Assembly (NCBI GenBank): GCA_037128175.1
Contig: JBAXWY010000025.1
Location: 1 to 36,940, forward strand
Direction: 5' to 3'
DNA: 36,940 nucleotides
From: Methanothrix sp.
GTDB lineage: Archaea; Halobacteriota; Methanosarcinia; Methanotrichales; Methanotrichaceae
Part shown: piece by piece, positions 1-8,516 of the stretch
How positions within the stretch are numbered: position 1 is the stretch's first letter
Layout of the letters: each line of letters opens with the position of its first letter
The notes under the pieces: model-generated
Databases searched by the model: none
The model's input: the letters and a program-made list of their open reading frames with translations, nothing else
What the model was told of the DNA's origin: nothing
Made by a program: the position numbers and the translations under genes

Positions 1-53
1 GGCGCCTCGGATGCCCCGCAGCTTGCTGCGCGGGTGCGCCGCCGCCGTTTCAC
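1..53 (+). mobile_element. Right end of a small non-autonomous IS200/IS605-like hairpin element (cut by window start)
   Basis: 52/53 nt identical to 34975-35027; hairpin CGCAGC-TT-GCTGCG followed by GGGTGCGCCGCCGCCGTTTCAC. Confidence 0.75.
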
Positions 54-66
54 TGGTAATTATATT

Positions 67-417
67 ATGGAAACATATAAACGAAGATATGAATTAAAAA
101 AACAAATATATTTTGAGGTTCTAAATCATATTGTTAAAGCTAGAAAGATCAATGAAGATCTATTAAAAGATGGAATGGAAGTTTGGAAATGGGGGAATAA
201 GCTGGACATTGAACCATATAAGTCATGGTTTATGACTTATGAACTATTAAGTTTGAAGCTAGATATTTGTGGTGAAGAAAAAATTAAACAGATAATGCAA
301 TCTATATGCGATCGTCCTTTTCTAAAAGATGTTGATAGTTTACATAAAACATATGATGATTTAATTGGGATTATGAAACAAGAACTAAATAAACCTTGGT
401 GGCAATTATGGAAGTGA
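67..417 (+). CDS. Hypothetical protein ending KPWWQLWK; probably 5'-truncated by the element at 1-53
   Basis: AT-rich ORF; first ATG at 67; the track start at 34 lies inside the repeat element. Confidence 0.65.
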   Translation: METYKRRYELKKQIYFEVLNHIVKARKINEDLLKDGMEVWKWGNKLDIEPYKSWFMTYELLSLKLDICGEEKIKQIMQSICDRPFLKDVDSLHKTYDDLIGIMKQELNKPWWQLWK

Positions 418-424
418 TGGGTTA

Positions 425-961
425 ATGGAACTTTTTGGGCTTGAAATAGGTGCATGGGCAGATTTTGGGGTAGCCTTTGCGACACTAATCCTGGCTTTCA
501 TAACAGTCTTAACCGTCTACGAGATGCGCCTACAACAAAAGAAAGACCGTCTGCAAAAAGAGATGACTTTATTGGTTGGACCATTGCGCTCCCGCCAAGA
601 TGGTCATTTTCATTTTGGCCTATGGCGTAACCATCGACCTAGTCGGGATAGGGAAGAGGATACTTCTTATTCGAAATCATATTTTAATTTTTGGGACGCA
701 ATTATGGTAAATATGTATTTAGGAGACATGGATTTATCATCCGCATTGCAAAATTATATTGATGCTAAAGGAGCTTATTGGAATTTGGTTGGGAATCATT
801 CGCCACTTCAATTTGATAATACAGCCGAAGGTAGGCAATTAACACAAAGATTTGAGACTACAAGGAGTGCGTTGCGTATCGAAACCGATAGACGGTATAG
901 AAATTTGAGACGAGAAATAAATCTGCTTGAAGAACGACCATTGTGGCAATTCTGGAAATAA
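425..961 (+). CDS. Hypothetical protein with N-terminal transmembrane helix, ending RPLWQFWK
   Basis: 178-aa ORF; hydrophobic stretch FGVAFATLILAFITVLTVY followed by a charged helix. Confidence 0.8.
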   Translation: MELFGLEIGAWADFGVAFATLILAFITVLTVYEMRLQQKKDRLQKEMTLLVGPLRSRQDGHFHFGLWRNHRPSRDREEDTSYSKSYFNFWDAIMVNMYLGDMDLSSALQNYIDAKGAYWNLVGNHSPLQFDNTAEGRQLTQRFETTRSALRIETDRRYRNLRREINLLEERPLWQFWK

Positions 962-1001
962 TCACCGAAATCCTTTTTGCTAGAAAGTTCAACCACAAGT
1001 T

Positions 1002-1541
1002 ATGAGAATATTACTAATTTTGATTCTATCTTTAATGCTAGTATCGGTATCTTTAGCAAAAGAAGAATCGTTGATTATGGGGCCATATAAGGTCTCTTTT
1101 GATTTAAATACCACACAAAAATATAGTATCAATAATACAATACCTGTCGAGTATGGAGAAACTTATGGTGGAATACCTTATGTCGTTTATAGAACAATAA
1201 TAAGCGCTAAAAATGATTCTGCGGCGATCTATGTTAATTATTTTGCTAATAAAATGAACACAAATAACGATAAAACAAAATCTGAAATCCGCGATTCTTC
1301 AAGTTCATGGTTTTTCGACTTTGATATTTATGATAGAATAATTGACGGCCAATCGGGCGTTCTTGGAGTCGGAGAAAGCGACCGACTAGGAGGATCTGTT
1401 TTTGACGCAATATATTGGTCGGCGTTCAATACGACTGGTGATACCAAAGTAAAGATAACGTCCTTTTTGCCATGGGAGAACGGTACACTTAGTCTGCTAA
1501 AAACAATTCATGTTGAAATGGTGGGCAAACCGCCTATTTAG
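1002..1541 (+). CDS. Secreted hypothetical protein (GPYxVSF domain)
   Basis: Signal peptide MRILLILILSLMLVSVSLA; similar to an internal domain of 16265-17860. Confidence 0.85.
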   Translation: MRILLILILSLMLVSVSLAKEESLIMGPYKVSFDLNTTQKYSINNTIPVEYGETYGGIPYVVYRTIISAKNDSAAIYVNYFANKMNTNNDKTKSEIRDSSSSWFFDFDIYDRIIDGQSGVLGVGESDRLGGSVFDAIYWSAFNTTGDTKVKITSFLPWENGTLSLLKTIHVEMVGKPPI

Positions 1542-1770
1542 TTTTTCCATCACACCTTTAAGCGAAAAGCTGTGGCAAAATCGCGAAATCCATTGTCTTG
1601 AAGATCTCTTCTAAATTTTAGAAGTATCGTGCGGCAGTAGCAAATTTTAGGGGTTATTTCTATTACCGCTAAACGCCTTTACGAAATCTGGAAGCTTGGG
1701 TTTCAACAAATAGATTGGAATAAGGATGACCGGAAATGTATAAGCATTAAGGAAACATAAGGATGAGATT

Positions 1771-2910
1771 ATGCTCTATAGACGGATGAATAATGTCGTG
1801 TCGGATCTCTCCATCCTCGGCTTCGGATGCATGCGCCTACCAGTCACAAAGGGCGGCGACATCGACGAAAAACAGGCGACAAAAATGCTCAGATATGCCA
1901 TTGACCACGGCGTGAATTACGTTGATACTGCCTACCCTTATCACAAAGGAGAGAGCGAGCCATTCCTCGGTAGAGCTTTGCAGGGCGGATATCGCGAGAA
2001 GGTGTTCCTTGCTACAAAGCTTCCTAGCTGGCTCATCAAATCTCGCGCCGATATGGATCATTATCTAGATGAGCAGCTAAAACGGCTACAGACCGATCAT
2101 ATTGATTTCTATCTGGTCCATGGACTCATGAAACCTTTCTGGGAGAACCTGTGGTCATTAGGCATTACCGACTTCCTGGATGATGCTATTGCCGATGGAA
2201 GGATCAAATATGCGGGTTTCTCGTTTCATGATGAATTGGCGTTATTCAAGGAGATTGTAGATGCCTACCATTGGACTTTCTGCCTGATCCAATACAACTT
2301 CACGGACGAACAAAACCAAGCAGGAACAGAAGGACTCAGATATGCAGCAGAACGTGGGCTTGGAATCGTAGTCATGGAGCCTCTTCGAGGCGGTATGCTC
2401 ACAAAGGAAATTCCTGCCATCAACAAAATATGGGAAAAGGCTCCTGTTCGGAGAAGCCTTTCTGAATGGGCATTGCGATGGGTTTGGAACCATCCTGAGG
2501 TGAGTGTTGTTTTATCCGGTATGTCTTCCTTGGAACAGGTTGAAAAGAATGTCGCCTATGCAGAGAATGGCTTTGCAAATTCGCTCTCAAAAGAGGAACA
2601 GAACCTATTTGGGGAGGCGGAAACAGAGTATAAGAGGCGTATCAAAGTACCCTGCACAGGTTGCAGATATTGCATGCCTTGTCCCTCTAACGTCTGCATC
2701 CCAGAGTGTTTTGAAATGTATAATCAGGGTTGCATGTTCGATGCCCCAGAAGTTGCAAGCGTCAATTACGGCTTCCTGGGAGGCATGCTATCCGGAAGCC
2801 CAGGATTTGCATCCCAATGCCAGGAGTGCGAAGAATGTGAGAAGAAGTGTCCGCAAGGCATCCCTATTCGAGAAGAACTCAAGAAAGTCGCTGCCTATTT
2901 CGGAAAGTGA
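1771..2910 (+). CDS. Aldo/keto reductase with C-terminal 4Fe-4S domain
   Basis: LGFGCMRLP, DTAYPY, ATKLP motifs; CTGCRYCMPCP and CQECEECEKKCPQ. Confidence 0.95.
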   Translation: MLYRRMNNVVSDLSILGFGCMRLPVTKGGDIDEKQATKMLRYAIDHGVNYVDTAYPYHKGESEPFLGRALQGGYREKVFLATKLPSWLIKSRADMDHYLDEQLKRLQTDHIDFYLVHGLMKPFWENLWSLGITDFLDDAIADGRIKYAGFSFHDELALFKEIVDAYHWTFCLIQYNFTDEQNQAGTEGLRYAAERGLGIVVMEPLRGGMLTKEIPAINKIWEKAPVRRSLSEWALRWVWNHPEVSVVLSGMSSLEQVEKNVAYAENGFANSLSKEEQNLFGEAETEYKRRIKVPCTGCRYCMPCPSNVCIPECFEMYNQGCMFDAPEVASVNYGFLGGMLSGSPGFASQCQECEECEKKCPQGIPIREELKKVAAYFGK

Positions 2911-2943
2911 TTAAGACTGAGAGTCTGAACCTGCCTCTTCTCC

Positions 2944-3011
2944 TTTTGCCTTTTTTTCCCCCCACCCACGCCCCCGCCCCCGCCCCCACGCGCGCGAGCC
3001 CGCCCGGAGGG
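2944..3011. repeat. GC-rich repeat copy A (partial)
   Basis: Shares TTTTGCC start and exact 19-mer CGCGAGCCCGCCCGGAGGG (2993-3011) with 3767-3785. Confidence 0.8.
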
Positions 3012-3012
3012 G

Positions 3013-3249
3013 TTCACTCCAAAAGCCACGGTAGCCGAAAACATCAAGAAGCACCTTGAGGAGCTGGAGAAAGATCCATTTAGGCCGCGAGCAGCTTGTG
3101 ATATAGACATTGTAGCTGGTAGCGGTAGACCGCCCATGTACCGTTTAAGAATGGGTGAATTTAGGGCCATGTATTTTGTGGAACATCAAGCGGTATATGT
3201 CACGGATCTATTCCCAAAGAAAAGAGATTCAGCCTATAGGCAAAATTAA
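3013..3249 (+). pseudogene. RelE/ParE-family toxin, lacking an N-terminal start codon
   Basis: Manual translation of frame +1: FTPKATVAENIKKHLEELEKDPFRPRAACDIDIVAGSGRPPMYRLRMGEFRAMYFVEHQAVYVTDLFPKKRDSAYRQN*; YRLRxGxFR is the RelE motif; no ATG between the stop at 2926-2928 and 3136. Confidence 0.75.
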
Positions 3250-3277
3250 TAACCAAGTAGTGATATAAGAGGCATCA

Positions 3278-3406
3278 ATGGCAACTGTTGAAGTTCAAAA
3301 AGAGGATGTATTGGCGGCTTATGCTGATGAGCAATACAGGAAGCTCCAGAGAGAGAAGGATCAGTACATATCACTTGATGAGTATTGCACCAAACGTGGT
3401 ATTTAG
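3278..3406 (+). CDS. 42-aa putative antitoxin
   Basis: MATVEVQKEDVLAAYADEQYRKLQREKDQYISLDEYCTKRGI*; GAGG upstream; the C-terminal ISLDE...RGI pattern resembles RelE-partner antitoxins; lies next to the toxin. Confidence 0.65.
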   Translation: MATVEVQKEDVLAAYADEQYRKLQREKDQYISLDEYCTKRGI

Positions 3407-3610
3407 AAGGCGCATTCGCCTGCTAAACGGCCATAACGCAATGCTATTATAATAGAACCGAAACCGAAACGATATTAACAGATAACTAAGGCAGGCATGC
3501 AAATATCTCAACATATTTTTAACATTAAACATTGCTCATATTTTTCCCGTTTGGTTTTATCGCTAACATGTGCATAGCGAAGGGTTGCTCTCAACTTTAT
3601 TACATCGGGG

Positions 3611-3667
3611 GCGCGGAAGGTCACGAATACCCCGACCTTCAGGTTGGGGTGGCCGCACGCAGTTCAA
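3611..3667 (+). mobile_element. Isolated IS200/IS605-like right-end remnant (second family)
   Basis: Hairpin ACCCCGACCT-TC-AGGTTGGGGT (3629-3650) followed by GGCCGCACGCAGTTCAA. Confidence 0.5.
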
Positions 3668-3733
3668 TCGGTTACAGGATCGATCGCCCTTGCGGCGAGA
3701 GCAATAGCCGGGGCGAAATCAAGTCACATCCCA

Positions 3734-3836
3734 TTTTGCCGTTCCCCCCGTCCTCGCCCACGCGCACGCGAGCCCGCCCGGAGGGCCGCGCATCCGCTTC
3801 GCACGGCTCTTCGCGGTATCGCGTGGCAGTGGCAAA
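3734..3836. repeat. GC-rich repeat copy B, long imperfect palindrome
   Basis: Nested inverted arms TTTGCC/GGCAAA, CCACGCG/CGCGTGG, GAGGGCCG/CGGCTCTT. Confidence 0.75.
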
Positions 3837-3877
3837 CTTTAGAGATTATTTCCTGACTTCAAAACCCATTTAATCGT

Positions 3878-3972
3878 CTTTGTGCGTACTTTGTGAGCTT
3901 TGTGTGCTTTGTGGTTGATAATAGTACACAATTTTAAACCATAATCACAAAGTGCACAAAGGACTCACGAAG
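3878..3972. repeat. Heptamer CTTTGTG x4 facing inverted CACAAAG x3
   Basis: CTTTGTG at 3878, 3889, 3898, 3907; CACAAAG at 3946, 3955 and CACGAAG at 3966. Confidence 0.9.
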
Positions 3973-3984
3973 AACGGCGAGCTC

Positions 3985-4338
3985 TCACCTTCTCCTCAGC
4001 ACTATCCGGTCTCCTGCGGTCACGCTCTTGAATATCTCCAGTCCCTGTGTGATCTTCCCGATATGGTTTACAGACGAATAGGGCTGGGTCTTGCCAAAGA
4101 AGATGCAAAAGGCCGGTCCCGGCGACCAGTAACAAATGTCGCCCGCGGCTGCGGTGGGCGATGCATTTTCATTGTCCATCTGCAAAGGTACATCGAAATA
4201 GACCTCTTCGCCCCAGAGGATGGCTACGCCCTCCATGGGCAAGGCCTTAAAGAATGCCTCTCTTATCTTGGGATTCCTCTCGTCCAGCTTTGCCAGGGCC
4301 TTTCCCTTTCCTATAATCTCGATCTCAATGGTTCTCAT
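3985..4338 (-). CDS. Cyclophilin-like fold protein (DUF369/TM1367-like)
   Basis: WGEEVYF, GDICYWSPGPAFCIFFG motifs; GGAGG RBS upstream. Confidence 0.85.
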   Translation of the reverse strand: MRTIEIEIIGKGKALAKLDERNPKIREAFFKALPMEGVAILWGEEVYFDVPLQMDNENASPTAAAGDICYWSPGPAFCIFFGKTQPYSSVNHIGKITQGLEIFKSVTAGDRIVLRRR

Positions 4339-4566
4339 GAATTTCAGCCTCCAACACTTTCGCTCCGCGCGGCAAATCTACTCATAGCCGCTGGTACTAC
4401 TATGATTTAGACCGCCCGGCCTAACTCTCTTTTGACTACTCCCGGCGGGCGGATCCATCCCCTCAATGATCGAAGATCTATCTATATGCGACTATTTTAT
4501 AAAGGTGCGGTGTTCTTATAAAATATGATGGGGCACTTTTTCGGGTCCTTAGGGCGAGGCTAGAAA

Positions 4567-5238
4567 ATGGTGAAGCTGGAGGATAAGGGAATTCTGGGAA
4601 TCAAGGGAATTATATTCGACCTTTACAACACCTTGATTGACATCGATACCGATGAGGAGAGCATCAATACCTATGAGGCTGTCAGCAAGTGGCTGATCTA
4701 CCAGGGCGTTAAGATCTCAGCAGAGGATCTGTTGAATGATTACAGGCGAATGGCTAGAGAGGGGATGGAAACTAAATGGGAGAAGCATCCTGAGATCCGG
4801 GTGGAGGAGATCTTCGCCAGAATCTGCAAGAGCCATGCCCTCCGGGATATCGACGAGGATAGGCTGGGAGTTGAGACGGCTCGCGCTTTTCGGGCTGGAT
4901 CACTGCGCCGGTTGCAGCTATTTCCTCAAAGCCTGCACCTATTGCAAGAGCTGAAAAGCTACCCTAAAGTCATTGTCTCCAACGGCCAGAGGTCGTTCTC
5001 AGAGCAGGAGATGAGATATTTCGGTCTTTACGAGCAGTTCACTCATGTGATTTTCTCCTCAGATTTCGGCCATAAAAAGCCCGACCCCAGGATCTTCCTT
5101 GAAGCGGCCAGGCTGATGGGCAGAGAGCCGGAGGAGGTCATGTGCATCGGCGACAGCTTCGAGAATGACATAGTTCCCTCCACCCGGTTAGGCATGAAGG
5201 CTATGCATATCGAAGAGGCCCGAACGCTGTTAGGCTGA
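4567..5238 (+). CDS. HAD-superfamily hydrolase
   Basis: IFDLYNTL, IVSNG, KKPDPRIF, IGDSFENDI motifs I-IV. Confidence 0.92.
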   Translation: MVKLEDKGILGIKGIIFDLYNTLIDIDTDEESINTYEAVSKWLIYQGVKISAEDLLNDYRRMAREGMETKWEKHPEIRVEEIFARICKSHALRDIDEDRLGVETARAFRAGSLRRLQLFPQSLHLLQELKSYPKVIVSNGQRSFSEQEMRYFGLYEQFTHVIFSSDFGHKKPDPRIFLEAARLMGREPEEVMCIGDSFENDIVPSTRLGMKAMHIEEARTLLG

Positions 5239-5263
5239 GCTGATAAATGGGATTGGAAACAAA

Positions 5264-6214
5264 ATGGCAAGTGAAAAGTATGTAGACACTTTGGGTCCAG
5301 GAAACGCCTTTCGGGAATGGCTGGTGGCGGTACTGGGCGAGAGGATCGGGAATCGGGGCGGCAAAGTCAATGTCTACAAGGTCATGCCCGCCTCGCATAC
5401 TGTCTGCCGCTATGAATTTCCAGCGTCTGGATTAAGCGTGGTCGCCAAGTTCTACGGCGAGCATTTGAGCGGTACGAGAAGGTACGATCCCGTCCAGGCT
5501 ATGGAAAATGAGTATTATACTCTCAAGAAAATCGAGCCGCTGGTTGATATTCCCCGGCCCCTGGCCATGCACAGGGATTTTCACGCTGCCTTGCTTACGG
5601 AATATATCCAGGGCAAATCTTTCTACAAATACCTGAAACGGGGTGACGGACTGTACGACCGGCTCACTGCCATCGCATCACTGCAAAGAAGGCTGCACGA
5701 TCAAACAAGATGCGAATACAGGAAAGAAAAGGTATTCGCAGGGTTTCATAAGAATTTGGATCAGCTTCATCTGGACAATGCTGCCCGAGCAAAATTTAAT
5801 GGTCTTCTGGGAGAATGGTGGCATAGTCCGTTTCTGAATAGGTCCCATGGCTGCCGGGTGCATGGTGACGCAAATCCCATGAATTACCTGTTTAGCCAGA
5901 GCAAGGTCTATATGCTGGACCTGGAAAGCTCGAAAGAGCATGTCAATCCCGTGCACGACCTGGGCATTGTTGCTGCTGAGCTTAAGTTCTATTTTGCCTT
6001 TCACCGGGGGGGTGGCAGGAATGCTGAGCCTTACATTGGCCATTATCTCTGGCGATACGCCCGCAATGAACCTGAGTTTTATGCCATCACCCGCGTCCTT
6101 CCCTTCTTCATGAGCCAGGGGTTGCTCCGGATGGCAAAGCTGGGGCTGGGACCGGATGAAAGGGCCTTTGTATTTCGTGAGGCAGAAGCGTGCTTAGAGA
6201 GCATTCGTGGCTGA
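5264..6214 (+). CDS. Aminoglycoside phosphotransferase (APH)/kinase-like protein
   Basis: VAKFY, HGDANPMNY (Brenner-type motif), MLDLE. Confidence 0.85.
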   Translation: MASEKYVDTLGPGNAFREWLVAVLGERIGNRGGKVNVYKVMPASHTVCRYEFPASGLSVVAKFYGEHLSGTRRYDPVQAMENEYYTLKKIEPLVDIPRPLAMHRDFHAALLTEYIQGKSFYKYLKRGDGLYDRLTAIASLQRRLHDQTRCEYRKEKVFAGFHKNLDQLHLDNAARAKFNGLLGEWWHSPFLNRSHGCRVHGDANPMNYLFSQSKVYMLDLESSKEHVNPVHDLGIVAAELKFYFAFHRGGGRNAEPYIGHYLWRYARNEPEFYAITRVLPFFMSQGLLRMAKLGLGPDERAFVFREAEACLESIRG

Positions 6215-6247
6215 GATTTAGGTCTACCTTGTTTATCTCGTCTATCT

Positions 6248-6847
6248 TCATCTTCTCTTCAGCCGGATATGCAGCCGGTCGGAGTAGTTGACGCCCAAAT
6301 GCAGTGCCAGATCCCAGGCCTCTCGAGACTCGGGCATATCCTGGTCTGTGCCGTAGGCCATAATCCAGACCCTCTCTTTTACCAGGGAGGGTACAAGATC
6401 CTCTAAGAGTGCTGAGGTCCAGCACCAGGGAGCTTTGCCCAATACAAATTTGAGGTGGACATTCTTTTTGCCGGCCCAAAAGTCGAGATGGAAATCCGAT
6501 CCGCGCTTGGGGCTGACTACCGCGTAATTGATCTTTTCCAGGTCCTCTTCTGAAATGAGATTGGTGCCATTGCTCTCAATGTGAATCTCTTTTTCCTGGG
6601 TCTTTAGCAGAGATATCAATTCCGAAAGCTGCCCCATCTGTAGGGTGGGCTCTCCTCCCGTGATGACCACTCTATTGCCTTGAATGCTCTCCAGCACATC
6701 AGGAACGGATAATTCCAGGGATGGCCGATCGTCTGTGTCGCATCCCTGGCAACGAAGGTTGCAGCCGGCCAGCCGAACGAAGGTGGCCGGTCTTCCCATG
6801 GCCGGGCCCTCGCCCTGTATGGAATAAAATATCTCTATCAGGCGCAT
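6248..6847 (-). CDS. queE: 7-carboxy-7-deazaguanine synthase (radical SAM)
   Basis: EIFYSIQGEG, FVRLAGCNLRCQGCDT, TGGEP, ESNGT, VSPK; ATG at 6847 preferred over the track start. Confidence 0.92.
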   Translation of the reverse strand: MRLIEIFYSIQGEGPAMGRPATFVRLAGCNLRCQGCDTDDRPSLELSVPDVLESIQGNRVVITGGEPTLQMGQLSELISLLKTQEKEIHIESNGTNLISEEDLEKINYAVVSPKRGSDFHLDFWAGKKNVHLKFVLGKAPWCWTSALLEDLVPSLVKERVWIMAYGTDQDMPESREAWDLALHLGVNYSDRLHIRLKRR

Positions 6848-6941
6848 TTGGCCTCTTTCTCTCTGCAACGAAGATAAATGCTCTCCTTATGTAGTAGTAG
6901 TGGCAATTAAGGGAAATGGATTAGGAAGGGAGCCTCCTAAA

Positions 6942-7301
6942 ATGATCATAAAAGATTTGGCAAAATGCAGATACTTTCAGGCGGCGGATAATACAATTAT
7001 CTGCGAGCTTCTTCATCCTGATCGGGAAGGGCTGAACCTTCCCTACAGCTTCGCCCACGTCGTATTGCAGCCCGGTGCGGCATCTCTTCCTCATCGGCTG
7101 AAAACCTCCATCGAGGTCTACTTTATCCTGGAGGGTGTGGGTGAGATGCACATCGACTCCGAGATGGCCCAGGTTCAAGCCGGACAGGCCATCTTAATCC
7201 CGCCCGGCTCCCTGCAACATATCCTAAATACTGGTGACGTTATTCTAAAATTCATTTGCATAGTTAGCCCTTCTTGGCGAGCGGAAGATGAAGAGGTATA
7301 G
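6942..7301 (+). CDS. Cupin domain protein
   Basis: PHRLKTSIEVYFILEGVG and IPPGSLQH cupin motifs; ATG at 6942. Confidence 0.9.
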   Translation: MIIKDLAKCRYFQAADNTIICELLHPDREGLNLPYSFAHVVLQPGAASLPHRLKTSIEVYFILEGVGEMHIDSEMAQVQAGQAILIPPGSLQHILNTGDVILKFICIVSPSWRAEDEEV

Positions 7302-7304
7302 AAA

Positions 7305-8432
7305 ATGGATATGCAAAACAGCGATGAAATTTTGAGAAAAGGGGCGGACCGCATCATGGAAGAGCGAAGGCTCTTTGGGCTGGAGGGCCTGGTGGGCGGT
7401 CTTCAGGCAGTAATCATCAACACCGAGCCGCATCTGCAAAAAGCAGCCGTCGAGGAGCTCATCACATATAGCGGCCTTCAGTTTCAGGAGGCATTTATGG
7501 ATACAACCCATAAAACCTCTGTTCTCAAAATCCCTGGCTCGGCCCAGTTTCGTTCGGCAGATTTCCTCATTCGCTCCCGGCTTAAGGGCAGCAATCCCTT
7601 CTCGGAGATCAATGTCGCCCCGCAGACCCGTGATTTGCGAAACACCCGTCTGGAGACCTTTGTCTTTGAAACCAATGATATCGAGAGGTATGTATCCCTG
7701 CAAGCCCAGGCAGATGTAAAATTCCAGAGCGGAATACTTGATCTTGGCAACTACTATTTTGTCCAGACAATGCCTTCCAAGTTCACCGGAAATTCTCTGG
7801 GATTCATTGAATGGAAGGGCGAGAGGGGCATCTATTCTTCTCCAGAAAGCCAGAGAATTGACTGGAATATGGAAAAGCCCGAATCGTTATCCATTTCATC
7901 AGCAAGTTTATCCGCAAACCACTCGCATCTTCGCAATATCCGTTGGCTGGACCACGCCGCCACCCGGGTCAGGGCTCAGGATCGTGATCCTGCTATTCTT
8001 GAATTCATGCGACTCACCAACTACAATTTTGATTTCGCCATTTACGTGAAAAGCCTCAATTCCATCACCAGCGTAGCCCGCCTCTCCTCTTCGGACTTTG
8101 CTATGGTCTTCACCTCCGGTATTACTCCATTTGTCAGCCAGGAAGCCTCCGGGCCCACAGAGAAGTTCATCAGCAACTTTGGCCCTCGCGTTCATCACAT
8201 TGCCTTCCAGACGGAAGAAATTGTTGCGACGGTGGAAGCTCTGAAACAAGATGGAATGAAGTTCCTCCTTGATTTGGTAGGCTCTCCAGAGGAAGGGCTG
8301 AAACAGATCTTCAGCCAGCCTTCTAAAAATACTCTCCTGGTTTTGGAATACATTCATCGATATGGCGATTTTAGCGGCTTCTTCACCAAATCAAATGTGA
8401 CCAGCCTAACTGCCGCCACGGCGAAGCAGTGA
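7305..8432 (+). CDS. VOC-family protein resembling 4-hydroxyphenylpyruvate dioxygenase
   Basis: LDHAAT, GPRVHHIAF, LKQIFS, LEYIHR..GFF give an HPPD-like His/His/Glu triad. Confidence 0.75.
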   Translation: MDMQNSDEILRKGADRIMEERRLFGLEGLVGGLQAVIINTEPHLQKAAVEELITYSGLQFQEAFMDTTHKTSVLKIPGSAQFRSADFLIRSRLKGSNPFSEINVAPQTRDLRNTRLETFVFETNDIERYVSLQAQADVKFQSGILDLGNYYFVQTMPSKFTGNSLGFIEWKGERGIYSSPESQRIDWNMEKPESLSISSASLSANHSHLRNIRWLDHAATRVRAQDRDPAILEFMRLTNYNFDFAIYVKSLNSITSVARLSSSDFAMVFTSGITPFVSQEASGPTEKFISNFGPRVHHIAFQTEEIVATVEALKQDGMKFLLDLVGSPEEGLKQIFSQPSKNTLLVLEYIHRYGDFSGFFTKSNVTSLTAATAKQ

Positions 8433-8516
8433 ACAGAAATAAATATATCCAAGAGAAACTTAAGGAAAGCAAGGCTTTCTAAAAATTTGCAGCGCAAAAA
8501 AGGCAAGGGTTGGCTG

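Noticed and set aside
1551-1625. Small palindromes CACACCTT..AAGCTGTG and TTCTAAATTTTAGAA
   Set aside because: Single, short and imperfect; not distinguishable from terminator or chance structure without a genome-wide search
3560-3680. Integron attC site
   Set aside because: GCTAAC and GGTTAC are present, but no convincing paired R and L boxes and no integrase in the window
3532-3873. ORFs 3532-3873, 3644-3856 and 2847-3059
   Set aside because: They are translations of GC-rich repeat DNA with no protein-like features
3952-4410. 152-aa ORF on + and similar antisense ORFs (e.g. 18187-18882, 21891-22592, 33077-33670)
   Set aside because: Shadow frames opposite well-supported genes
6248-6847. 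queE as part of a deazaguanine DNA-modification (dpd) system
   Set aside because: No dpd or other que genes adjacent; archaeosine precursor synthesis is the simpler explanation
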